Shown here: in pieces, positions 1-9,387 of the stretch
Numbering within the stretch: the first letter of the stretch is position 1
How the letters are laid out: the number at the start of each line of letters is the position of its first letter
Assembly: GCA_028819235.1 (NCBI GenBank)
Contig: JAPPMC010000129.1
Location: 28-64,027, forward strand
DNA from: Bryobacterales bacterium
GTDB lineage: Bacteria > Acidobacteriota > Terriglobia > Bryobacterales > UBA6623
Length of the DNA: 64,000 nucleotides
Direction of reading: 5' to 3'
The notes under the pieces: generated by a model
Database searches by the model: none
What the model saw: only the letters and a program-made list of their open reading frames with translations
What the model was told of the DNA's origin: nothing
Made by a program: the position numbers and the translations under genes

Positions 1-513
1 CGAAGGGTTTTGGCGCAAGCACAAGCTAGCCAGACACATGTCTGCGCGCTTCTGAGAAGCGGAAATGGGTTCGGTCTTGTCTTGACCCCTATGCCACGGG
101 TCGCGCAGTGCGCGGGTCTCCCAAGTTTCGACGCCTTTGCTGGCCGACCAACCGGGAGTCCGTTTGCCGGTGGGTCCAACAAGCTGACGCGGCATGCTCC
201 GAGTTAGTTGGGCATCTCGAAGAGGGTATGCCGGCTGAACCTCCGAGGGCTGCCCCGCTGCTTGCCCGAATCGCCACAGGGTTGGCGGGTGGACGCCACT
301 AGTCGTATCCGCCCACTCGGTCGAGATCAGCCGAGTGGGCCACGCTGCAGACTCCATGCCACCGTGGCACAGATGCTGAGTGAATGCCCGACTGCCCCTC
401 GTTGCTTACCTAAGGCCCAGCCGGCACGGTGCTACAGCCGGTTCTGAGACCGCGTTCGATCCAAGCCTTGCCCGTTCGCGTTCTGCGATAATTAGAGCGA
501 AGGCAATCAAGCC

Positions 514-1636
514 ATGATCCTAGAGGAACTGGAGCGCGAGTTTGACCGGGTGCAGGCCCGGGCACGAGTGATTCGGGGGTATCTTTGACGCTCCTGCAAG
601 GCGTCGCGATCTTGAGGCCCTAGAGCGAAAGATTGCCGAACCTGCTTTTTGGAGCAATCCCTCCAAGAGCCAGCCAGTCCTGCGCGAACGCAAGCGCCTA
701 GACCGGGTTGTACGAACCGATAGCGAGATCGGGTCCGCCCTGTCAGACTTGGAAGCTTTCCTCGAACTCGGCCGCGAAGGTGAGCCGGTCGAAGAGGAAT
801 GCGCGGCCGAGCTGCAGTCTCTCTCCACCAGACTAGAAGAAATCGAGGCCGAGTCGCTGCTCAGCGGTGAGCACGACTCCGCCAACGCCATCGTCACGCT
901 CAATGCGGGAGCGGGCGGCACGGAGGCTCAGGACTGGGCACAGATGCTTCAGCGCATGTACCTAAGGTGGGCCGAGCGGAAGGGCTTCAAGCGTGAGATC
1001 TCTGACACTGTCTACGGCGAGGAGGCAGGGATCAAGTCGGCGACGATCATGCTCAAGGGCGAGAACGCCTACGGCCTTATGCGATCAGAGGTCGGCGTGC
1101 ACCGATTGGTCCGCATCTCCCCGTTCGACTCCAACGCGCGTCGGCACACGTCCTTCGCCTCGGTCTACGTGTATCCGGAGATCGACGACCAGATCGAGAT
1201 TGACATCCGCACGGAAGACCTGCGCATCGACACCTATCGCGCCAGCGGGGCCGGCGGGCAGCACGTCAACATGACGGACTCTGCCGTGCGCATCACCCAC
1301 CTGCCGACCAACACGGTCGTCCAGTGCCAGAACGAGCGCTCCCAGCACAAGAATCGGGCCACGGCCATGACCATGCTGCGCGCGCGGCTGTATGCCCTGG
1401 AACTCGCCAAGAAGCGGTCCGAGGCGGACAGGATCGAGGCTAGCAAGCTTGACATCGACTTCGGAAGCCAGATCCGCAACTATGTGCTGGCCCCGTACCG
1501 CTTGGTCAAAGACCTGCGCACGTCGGTGGAGATCGGCAATGTGGACCGCGTACTGGACGGCGACCTCGACAAGCTGATGCACGCCTACCTCGTGTATCAG
1601 CGGACCAGAAAACAGGCCGCGACGCCCACGCGCTGA
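514..1636 (+). CDS. prfB: Peptide chain release factor 2, translated via programmed +1 frameshift
   Basis: ATG at 514 opens a 24-codon frame ending GGGGG-TAT-CTT-TGA-C (CTT 583-585, TGA 586-588). The +1 frame from 587 is in register with ORF 749..1636, which carries the SPF tripeptide (RISPFD) and GGQ (GAGGQHVN). Confidence 0.97.
574..589 (+). promoter_or_regulatory. prfB autoregulatory frameshift cassette (internal SD-like GGGGG + CTT TGA C)
   Basis: CGGGGGTATCTTTGAC matches the canonical RF2 shift site. Confidence 0.95.
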
Positions 1637-1698
1637 GCGCTGGGCGGGCGAGCCGCCTACGGTTGCGAAACGGGTCCCCGGACGCATCTAATGGTCAC

Positions 1699-3741
1699 AT
1701 GCGCATTTTCTTAACAGCATGCATCGCTGCTTTGGCCGCCTTGGCGGTCGCCCAAGCACGAGTAGTCAGCGTTGAGGTCACTGCCCGTGAGCCCGTTCTC
1801 GCGGGAAAGTCCTTTGGCCTTGCCGGATCGTACGAACGGCTGACCGGGACCGTACGATTCGCCGTGGACCCGGCCAATCGGGCCAACAGGATCATCACCG
1901 ATATCGATCTGGCACCCAAGAACGCCAGTGGCGAGGTGGAGTTCTCCTCGGAGTTCTTCCTGCTGCGGCCCGTAGATGTGTCCCGGGGAAACGGTGCACT
2001 CCTGTACGAGGTGTCTAATCGCGGGCGCAAGGGCGCGCTGAGCTTCTTCAACTTTGCCGCTGGAAGCCTTGACCCTCGCCAAGAGCGCCACCTCGGCGAC
2101 GCTTTCTTGCTCGAGCAAGGTTTTTCGGTCCTGTGGCTGGGATGGCAGTTTGATCCGCCAAGGACTCCAGGGCTGATCCGCCTCACTACGCCTGTCGCCA
2201 CCCGCGACGGAGCAGCGGTGACTGGGATCGTTCGCAGCGACTTCGTGGTCAAGGACCGCGTGTATGCGAATTCCCTGGCAGACCGCAACCATATCCCCTA
2301 CCCAGTGGCGGATCCCGAATCGCCCGAGAATCGCATGACCGTGCGCGACAGGGTGGAGGCTGAGCGCGTCGAGATTCCACGTGATCAGTGGCGATTTGCC
2401 CGAATGGCCGAGGGGAAGCCCGTGCCAGACTCCGGCTCGGTATACCTCGAGGGCGGTTTCGAGCCGGGCCGCATCTATGAGGTGGTCTACGTTTCGAAGG
2501 ACCCTCCTTTGGTGGGCCTCGGACCTGCGGCCGTGCGCGACATGGTCTCGCACATCAAGTACGAAGGCGATCCTGCCCTTGGTGTCGATTCGGACGGGAT
2601 CGACCGCACCATCGCATTTGGCATCTCCCAGAGCGGCAGGTTCCTGCGGACGTTCATGTACTACGGCTTCAATGAGGATGAGCAAGCGCGTCCAGCCTTC
2701 GACGGGATCATGTCGCACGTCGCGGGCGGTGGGCGCGGCAGCTTCAACCACCGCTTCGCACAGCCGTCGCGGGATGCCCACCCCTTCCTGAACTTCCTCT
2801 ATCCCACGGACATCTTTCCGTTCACCGACGTTGCGCAGAAGGATCCCGAGACCGGCCGCGACGACGGCATCTTGGCCCACGGCCTGAAGCCGGAGTTCTG
2901 GCCCAAGGTCTTCTACACCAATTCGTCGTACGAGTACTGGGGCAGGGCAGCCTCGCTGATTCACACCGACATCGCCGCGACTCGTGACATCGAATTGCTC
3001 GACAACGTCCGTGTCTTCCTGTTTTCCGCCACCCAGCACGGTCCGGCCGGCTTCCCGCCTTCAGTCTCGATCGGACAGCAGCCGGCAAACCCCCTCGACT
3101 TCCGGTGGACGATGCGAGCGCTCCTTCTCGCGATGAGTGACTGGACGCGCGGTAAGGGAGAGCCGCCCGCCAGCCGCTACCCGCTCTTGGCCGACCGCAC
3201 GCTCGTGAGGGCGGAGGATCTGCGCTTTCCCGCCATCCCCGGGGTCGCCACGTCGACGCGCGTCCACAAGGCCTATCGGGCTGACTACGGTTCCCGCTTC
3301 GTCAGCGAGGGCATCGTGGACCAAGAGCCACCGAAGATCGGCTCGGAGTTTCCGGTCCTGGTGCCCGCCGTGGATCCGGACGGCAACGATGTCGCCGGCG
3401 TGCGCATGCCCGAGCTGCAGGTTCCGTTGGCGACCTACACGGGCTGGAACCTCTTCAACGCCAAGTCGGGCCCAGTGGACGAGATCTCGAGCATGGTGGG
3501 TTCGTACATACCGTTCGCGCGGACACGTGGCGAGCGCTTGGCAGCGCAGGATCCCCGCCCCTCGATTGAAGAGCGCTACGCGAGCCGTGAAGAGTATCTG
3601 GGACGGGTTGCCGAGGCAGGCATGGGCCTGATCGACTCTGGCCTCTTACTGGAGCACGATCTGGGACGGGTGATTGCCGCTGCCGCACGACACTGGGATC
3701 ACCTGGTGGGCGGCTCCCCGGACTCGGGCTCCGACCGCTGA
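1699..3741 (+). CDS. Secreted alpha/beta-hydrolase-domain protein (tannase-like/Abhydrolase_10-type)
   Basis: Signal peptide MRIFLTACIAALAALAVAQA, nucleophile elbow GISQSG, and family motifs YEVSNRG, EYWGRAASL, DPDGND..GVRMP. Confidence 0.8.
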   Translation: MRIFLTACIAALAALAVAQARVVSVEVTAREPVLAGKSFGLAGSYERLTGTVRFAVDPANRANRIITDIDLAPKNASGEVEFSSEFFLLRPVDVSRGNGALLYEVSNRGRKGALSFFNFAAGSLDPRQERHLGDAFLLEQGFSVLWLGWQFDPPRTPGLIRLTTPVATRDGAAVTGIVRSDFVVKDRVYANSLADRNHIPYPVADPESPENRMTVRDRVEAERVEIPRDQWRFARMAEGKPVPDSGSVYLEGGFEPGRIYEVVYVSKDPPLVGLGPAAVRDMVSHIKYEGDPALGVDSDGIDRTIAFGISQSGRFLRTFMYYGFNEDEQARPAFDGIMSHVAGGGRGSFNHRFAQPSRDAHPFLNFLYPTDIFPFTDVAQKDPETGRDDGILAHGLKPEFWPKVFYTNSSYEYWGRAASLIHTDIAATRDIELLDNVRVFLFSATQHGPAGFPPSVSIGQQPANPLDFRWTMRALLLAMSDWTRGKGEPPASRYPLLADRTLVRAEDLRFPAIPGVATSTRVHKAYRADYGSRFVSEGIVDQEPPKIGSEFPVLVPAVDPDGNDVAGVRMPELQVPLATYTGWNLFNAKSGPVDEISSMVGSYIPFARTRGERLAAQDPRPSIEERYASREEYLGRVAEAGMGLIDSGLLLEHDLGRVIAAAARHWDHLVGGSPDSGSDR

Positions 3742-4315
3742 TCCCTGCTCGGGCCGGACTCCGAACCCGCCAGCAGTGTCTCCCGCCGCCCGTGCCCCGA
3801 CCGGCAGGTGGTGGCTTGTCGCGTCGACCACAGGCCCTGCGAAGTCAGCTCGTGCGGGGATAGCCTGGCCTTCATCAGCCCTGCTCAGCCCTGCCGCGCA
3901 GTGCTCGTGTCGCCGGTCGAGGAAGTGCAGGACTTCGTGGACCGCCACTCTTGCCAGAGAGCGGCCCAAGGCTTCACCGGCCCCCGGGGCGCCCCGAATG
4001 GCGGTACAGAGAGCCGCGGAAGACGACTAGGCGCGGCTGGAGGCGCCCGCCCTCTCGGTATGCCAGCCCCATCACATGTTCTAGGCCGGCGGGCGGCTCG
4101 TCCAGAATCGTCATCGCGATCCATTCCCCCGTGCAATTCCCGAACCGCGGCCCGTCCACGCGGTCGCCGACCAGTCTCAGGAACTCCTTGGTCGTCGCAC
4201 CCCGCACCGGCGCTGCTAGCAGGGCGTCCCGATCGTCCACGCAGACTGTCCACGGTGCGCCGAGAGCCAATGGGAGCACCAGCATGGAGAGCGCTGCGGG
4301 AAGAATCTTCATCAA
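3699..4315 (-). pseudogene. Frameshifted secreted HExxH (zincin-like) hypothetical protein
   Basis: Signal-peptide ORF 4315..3974 continues as ALGRSLARVAVHEVLHFL..H after removing one G from the G5 run (3981-3985), then as GLMKARLSPHEL after removing one copy of the 10-bp tandem duplication TCAGCCCTGC (3875-3894). Confidence 0.7.
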
Positions 4316-4455
4316 ATCTTAATATTCCTTAATAGGGCTGCAACAATTCCTCCTTCAAGTCAAGCGGCATTGACGCATTGGCAGAACGGGCGGCAATTGG
4401 CGCAATTTCGCCCGCGTGGGGGCAGGGCAGGGCCCCAGGGCCGGGAGTGGAGTGT

Positions 4456-4725
4456 CTACTGACCGTCAGAGAAGCGGGACGCCCGCTTCCACGTCAGCCA
4501 TGCGATGCCCAAGACGACGCTCAGGGGTGCGATCGACAAAACGGCGATGCCTCGTTGCAGTGCGCCCACTGCACGGTCCTTCTGCATGGCCGCGGTCTCC
4601 CGGCACATGGAGCAGCCCTGAGCAGGGGCTGGCGGTGCCAGCGCCACCGTCGTCAGCATTCCAATGGCCAAGACTAAGCCGGCCGCCCGCGCCGATCGCT
4701 TGGCAACTGGCACAGCAGTGGTCAA
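4456..4725 (-). CDS. Small exported/membrane protein with CSMC motif at the end of the oxidase operon
   Basis: TTG start overlaps the upstream TGA (TTGA 4725-4722). Signal-like N-terminus, then AQGCSMC, then one C-terminal TM helix. Confidence 0.7.
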   Translation of the reverse strand: MTTAVPVAKRSARAAGLVLAIGMLTTVALAPPAPAQGCSMCRETAAMQKDRAVGALQRGIAVLSIAPLSVVLGIAWLTWKRASRFSDGQ

Positions 4726-5270
4726 GGCCGCAGATCCACCAGCCGGTAGCTGTCCGGGAAGAAGTACCCGCACATGATCACGATGCAAGCCAGCGCCGGC
4801 AGCACGACGATCCAGCGCAGCAGGCGATTGTCGAACTGCAAGTGCATGAACGTCGCCATTATCATGCCCGCCTTGACCGCCGACAGCGCGAGTAGGATCA
4901 CAAGCATGGCTAGCAGGCCCGCGATCTGGAAGTAGGCCAGCACAACCTCGATGAAGGTCAGCACCAGCAGGCCGATCCAGATCTTCAGGAACAGCGGCAT
5001 GTGCGCGTCGGTGAACTCGGGGTCTTCCGGCAGCAGGAATGCCGGGGCCTTGCCCGCGCCGGCGGCAGCAGGAGCCCCGGCCACCACGGGATAGAATCGC
5101 CAAGCGATGTACCCAAAGCAGGTCACGCCCATCAGCGCGGCGAACAGTGCCAAGAACAGATTGTCGAGGGTGGCCGTAATCGAACCTTGCGCGACCAACC
5201 CTCCGAAGGTCGCAAAGCCCCATACTCCCAGCGCCAGGCAGAAAAGGTATCCGATAAGAGAAATCAGCAT
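4722..5270 (-). CDS. Cytochrome c oxidase subunit IV family protein with N-terminal TM extension
   Basis: C-terminal KIWIGLLVLTFIEV...KAGMIMATFMHLQFD motif; position in the cox operon. Confidence 0.8.
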   Translation of the reverse strand: MLISLIGYLFCLALGVWGFATFGGLVAQGSITATLDNLFLALFAALMGVTCFGYIAWRFYPVVAGAPAAAGAGKAPAFLLPEDPEFTDAHMPLFLKIWIGLLVLTFIEVVLAYFQIAGLLAMLVILLALSAVKAGMIMATFMHLQFDNRLLRWIVVLPALACIVIMCGYFFPDSYRLVDLRP

Positions 5271-5287
5271 GACGGGCCCTCCACTCC

Positions 5288-5920
5288 TCAGTCCACGCTC
5301 GTGGAAAGCAGATAGATCAGCGGGAAGACGAACATCCAGACCAAGTCCACGAAGTGCCAGTACAGCCCGGCCACTTCGACATCCTCAGGCAGCCACTTCC
5401 CTCGGCGGTACCCCAGCGCCACAATGGCGAGGTACGCGACCCCCGTGATGACGTGGAACATATGCAGGCCTGTGATCAGGAAGAACGTGCTGCCGAACAG
5501 AGGCGTGCCGTATTCGTTCGCCCACGGGTACATGCCCTCGTCGACCATCAGGTGCATCCACTCATAGCTGTGCAGGAGCACGAAGATCGACCCGAAGATC
5601 GCGGTCCACCAAATCCACTTCACGGCCTTGCGCCGGGCCCCGTGGTGCGCCGCCGACACCGCGAAGACCATGGTCAGGCTGCTGGTCAGCAGCACTAGCG
5701 TCATCACAGTAGAGAACACAATCGACGGGAAGAAGTGGAACGGCGTGGGCCAATCGTTCGCCACCCGGACATAGCTGTACGTCAGCAGCAGGGCTGAGAA
5801 TGTCAGCGAGTCCGACATGATGAACAGCCACATCCCCAGCTTCTTGTGGCCGACTGCGAGCGGCGTGCCGCCCCCTTGCCATGTCGGCTGGGCTACCGTG
5901 GCCGCATGTGCGTCCGACAT
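5288..5920 (-). CDS. ctaE: Cytochrome c oxidase subunit III
   Basis: GMWLFIMSD, FFLITGLHMFHV, GLYWHFVDLVW motifs. Confidence 0.93.
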   Translation of the reverse strand: MSDAHAATVAQPTWQGGGTPLAVGHKKLGMWLFIMSDSLTFSALLLTYSYVRVANDWPTPFHFFPSIVFSTVMTLVLLTSSLTMVFAVSAAHHGARRKAVKWIWWTAIFGSIFVLLHSYEWMHLMVDEGMYPWANEYGTPLFGSTFFLITGLHMFHVITGVAYLAIVALGYRRGKWLPEDVEVAGLYWHFVDLVWMFVFPLIYLLSTSVD

Positions 5921-5924
5921 CCGC

Positions 5925-6584
5925 TTACCTCCAGATCAACAGCAGCCCAAGGATGTAGACCCACAGGGCGTCCAAGAAATGCCAGTACAGTGCCGTCGCT
6001 TCCACGACAGCCCTGCGGGTCGGCCATGGCCGGCTCGTGCGCAGGCGGACCCAGATGTATCCCATCACCGCGATCCCGCCCAGCAGGTGCAGGCCATGCC
6101 CGGCAGTCAGCACGTAGTAGAAGGAGCTGGCCGGGTTCGACGCAAGATAGATTCCGCGCGCGGTGAGCGATTGCCACCCCAGAAGTTGGAACGCGACGAA
6201 TACCGCTCCCAGAATGGCGGAGACATTCACCCATTTCCTCAGGCCGTCCCCAGAGCCGTCCTCCAGCGCCTGCTTGGCCCGCTCGATCGTGACGCTCGAC
6301 AGGAGCAGGACGAGTGTGCTCACGTACAGCACGGGAGGCAGCGAGAAGGGCTGCCAGTCGTTCGAGAGCCCCTGCCGAACGATCATGGCGCTCGTCAGGG
6401 CCGCAAAGAACATCAGTATGCCGCCCATGCCGATCCAGACGCCGAGCTTGTAGCGCTGGACGATCCGGTTCCCGCCGGGCGGGCGCTGCCATCCGCCCGG
6501 GTCGTCGGGCGGATGGGCAGCAAAGCCCCCGTCGCCGGTCGCTCGCTCCGCAGGGAGCGCGCTGGGTGTCAGAACGGCTGGCAT
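5925..6584 (-). CDS. Cytochrome c oxidase subunit III family protein (second paralogue)
   Basis: FYYVLTAGHGLHLLGG and LYWHFLDALW motifs. Confidence 0.9.
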   Translation of the reverse strand: MPAVLTPSALPAERATGDGGFAAHPPDDPGGWQRPPGGNRIVQRYKLGVWIGMGGILMFFAALTSAMIVRQGLSNDWQPFSLPPVLYVSTLVLLLSSVTIERAKQALEDGSGDGLRKWVNVSAILGAVFVAFQLLGWQSLTARGIYLASNPASSFYYVLTAGHGLHLLGGIAVMGYIWVRLRTSRPWPTRRAVVEATALYWHFLDALWVYILGLLLIWR

Positions 6585-6589
6585 CTCAC

Positions 6590-8413
6590 CTAGTCACCGC
6601 TGGCCGCAGACGGTTCCCCGTAGACCGCCCGGTCATCGTTACACTGCATCGCGAAGTCCCGCTTGGCGCCGCCAAGGCTGAAGTCATAGGCACCGCGGTA
6701 CACGTGAGGAACTTTGCCGCCGAAGTTGTCGTGCGGGGGCGGGGAGGAGATGGCCCACTCCAGCGTAGTGGCCTCCCAAGGATTCGGATCCGTGCACACC
6801 TTGCCGGCGTAGATGCCCTTGACGAAGTTGTACAGGAAGAGGAACTGCGCCAAGACTGTCAGCACCGCCGCCACGGTAATGAACAGGTGCAGCTGCGCCG
6901 CCCCTCCCTCCATCAGGAAGTCGACGCCGGTGATCTCGGCATAGCGCCTCGGATGCGGGAGCATGCCGAGATAGTGCATCGGGCCGAAAATGGCGTACAC
7001 GCCGACGAAAGTCAGCCAGAAGTGGATCTTGCTGAGCCTCTCGTCCATCATCCTTCCGAACATCTTCGGGAACCAGAACGTAAGGCCCGCGAACATCCCG
7101 AAGATGGCCGCCACGCCCATGATTAGGTGGAAGTGGGCCACCACGAAGTAAGTGTCGTGGAAGTAGAGATCAATCGTGGGTTGGCCAAGGAAGATGCCGG
7201 ATATGCCGCCGGAGACGAATAGGGAGACGAAGCCGATCGAGTACAGCATCGGCGACGTGAAGCGGATCTTGCCGCCCCACATCGTTCCAATCCAATTGAA
7301 CGTCTTGATGGCCGAGGGCACGCCAATGCACATGGTGAGTACCGAGAAGACGAATGCGGAGTAGGGGCTCATGCCGCTGACGAACATGTGGTGTCCCCAG
7401 ACCACGAAGCCCAAGAGGCCGATTGCGATGACGGCGTACACCATGGCCCGGTACCCGAACACCGTCTTTCTCGCGAAGGTCGACAGCACATGCGAAGTGA
7501 CCCCCATCCCCGGCAGGATTGCGATGTACACCTCGGGATGCCCGAAGAACCAGAACAGGTGCTGCCACAGGATCGGCGACCCGCCCGAGTGGTCGATCTG
7601 CTTGTCGCTGACGATCAGTCCCCCTGGGACGAAGAAGCTCGTCCCCACGTTCCGGTCCATGAGCAGCAGCACTCCCGCCGCCAGCAGAACTCCGAAGGCG
7701 AGCAGGCCGAGTATCGCCGTGATGAACCAGGTCCAGCACGTGAGCGGCAGGCGCATCATCGTGAGTCCCTTGGCGCGCAGGTCCAAGATCGTGACGATGA
7801 AGTTAAGGGCCGCCAGCAGCGACGCGATGCAGAACACCGCGATCGACGCTAGCCACAGGTCCTGGCCGATGCCCGGCACGGTCGCTTCCGGGACAGCGCT
7901 AAGCGGCGGATATCCCGTCCATCCGGTCTGCGGGGCCCCGCCTTCGACGACGAACGCCGCCATCAGCAGCATGAACGAAACGAAGGTCGTCCAGAATGAC
8001 AGCATGTTCAGTCGCGGGAAGGCCATGTCCGCCGCTCCGATCTGGATTGGCAGGAAGTAGTTCCCGAAGCCGCCCTGCGGCGCAGTGGTGAGCACCATGA
8101 ACACCATCACCGTGCCGTGCATGGTAAGCATCGCGAGGTAGAACTCGGGGGTCATCACCCCCTCGGGCGCCCCGACCGGAAACAGGGTGCCCAGCGTTGG
8201 GTAGGAGCATTCCGGGCAGATTAGCCGCAGCCTCACGAGGAGGCTGAGAGCCATTCCCACGAACACCGCTACAACGGCCAGCAGGAGGTACTGGATCCCG
8301 ATCACCTTGTGGTCGACCGAGAAGATGTACTTCGACCAGAAGCCTTTCGGCTCCGGGTGGCGGTGCACCTCGGTGTATTCCGCGACCTCTGGGGAAACCT
8401 CAACTTCAGTCAT
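6590..8413 (-). CDS. ctaD: Cytochrome c oxidase subunit I (A1-type)
   Basis: DHKVIG, TMHGT, WFFGHPEVY, VWGHHMF, HDTYFVVAHFH, PRRY motifs. Confidence 0.97.
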   Translation of the reverse strand: MTEVEVSPEVAEYTEVHRHPEPKGFWSKYIFSVDHKVIGIQYLLLAVVAVFVGMALSLLVRLRLICPECSYPTLGTLFPVGAPEGVMTPEFYLAMLTMHGTVMVFMVLTTAPQGGFGNYFLPIQIGAADMAFPRLNMLSFWTTFVSFMLLMAAFVVEGGAPQTGWTGYPPLSAVPEATVPGIGQDLWLASIAVFCIASLLAALNFIVTILDLRAKGLTMMRLPLTCWTWFITAILGLLAFGVLLAAGVLLLMDRNVGTSFFVPGGLIVSDKQIDHSGGSPILWQHLFWFFGHPEVYIAILPGMGVTSHVLSTFARKTVFGYRAMVYAVIAIGLLGFVVWGHHMFVSGMSPYSAFVFSVLTMCIGVPSAIKTFNWIGTMWGGKIRFTSPMLYSIGFVSLFVSGGISGIFLGQPTIDLYFHDTYFVVAHFHLIMGVAAIFGMFAGLTFWFPKMFGRMMDERLSKIHFWLTFVGVYAIFGPMHYLGMLPHPRRYAEITGVDFLMEGGAAQLHLFITVAAVLTVLAQFLFLYNFVKGIYAGKVCTDPNPWEATTLEWAISSPPPHDNFGGKVPHVYRGAYDFSLGGAKRDFAMQCNDDRAVYGEPSAASGD

Positions 8414-8453
8414 GGCTCAGTCGAATCCTCCATGCCATCGTGTGCCAGCACGG

Positions 8454-9266
8454 TCAGAACAGGTAGGAGGCTTGCTCGGCAAGCCAGTCTTCGTACTCCT
8501 GCTCGGTGACGACGTGCAAGAAGCTGCGCATCTTGTAGTGGCCCAAGCCGCAAAGCTCCGAGCAGACGATCTCGAAGCGGCCTTCCTTGTTGGGCGTGAA
8601 GCGCAGCTTTCCGACAAGTCCCGGGACGGTGTCGAGCTTGATTCGCAGTTCCGGCACGAAGAAGTTGTGCAGCACGTCCTTGGACTTCAGCACGACCTCA
8701 ACTTCGCGATTCACCGGGACGTACATCTCGGGCACCATGATGTCGTCGGAACCGCCCGGGCCGGAGCGGTCCAACCCCACCGGGTTCCCGGCGGCATCGT
8801 CGATCAGGTTGATGTCGGTCGGGCCAAATTGGGAGTCCTCGCCGGCGTAGCGCATGTTCCACACGAACTGCTGTCCGGTGACTTCGACGATCAGGCGGCC
8901 TTCGGCAGGTTCCATCGACTTCTGCTCGATGAAGCGCGTCTCTGCCCACACCGAGTACCCAACAAACGTCAACCCGACGAAGATGACCGCCGCTGCGGTT
9001 GTCCACAGAATCTCAAGCTTGTTGTTGCCGTGGGAGTCGGATGCCGGTCCCGCGGACTTCCGACCGAACAGCCAAACCGTGTATCCGAGCGCAAACTGGG
9101 CAACGAGGAATATGACTCCCGTCCCCGCCAGCGTCCACATGAACGTCTCGTCGATCTCGTCACCGAGGGTGGTGATCGACTCCGGCATCCACCAAGTCTG
9201 TGTGACGAACGGCACCGCCATCGCTAGGGTGACAGCCCAGACTACGATCGCGATCAGAAAGCCCAT
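8454..9266 (-). CDS. ctaC: Cytochrome c oxidase subunit II
   Basis: LEILWT, DVLHNF and CuA motif CSELCGLGHYKM. ATG 9266 (MGFLIAIVVW) preferred over the upstream extension. Confidence 0.95.
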   Translation of the reverse strand: MGFLIAIVVWAVTLAMAVPFVTQTWWMPESITTLGDEIDETFMWTLAGTGVIFLVAQFALGYTVWLFGRKSAGPASDSHGNNKLEILWTTAAAVIFVGLTFVGYSVWAETRFIEQKSMEPAEGRLIVEVTGQQFVWNMRYAGEDSQFGPTDINLIDDAAGNPVGLDRSGPGGSDDIMVPEMYVPVNREVEVVLKSKDVLHNFFVPELRIKLDTVPGLVGKLRFTPNKEGRFEIVCSELCGLGHYKMRSFLHVVTEQEYEDWLAEQASYLF

Positions 9267-9387
9267 GATAGGTTCAGCCTCGGAATTCCAGGATGCGCGG
9301 AACCGACCTGCCCACCGGCAGGCTGCCACTCCATGCCGAAGGCGTATTGTACCAATCCCGGCCTGCTCGCCCGGTAGCGGCCGCCGC

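Noticed and set aside
311-340. 10-bp perfect hairpin GCCCACTCGG-N10-CCGAGTGGGC
   Set aside because: Single copy with no U-tract; cannot be assigned as a REP or terminator.
1711-3039. Long antisense or alternate-frame ORFs (e.g. 1711..3039, 34240..35649, 28800..29801, 60311..61255)
   Set aside because: Shadows of real genes caused by high-GC codon bias; no motifs of their own.
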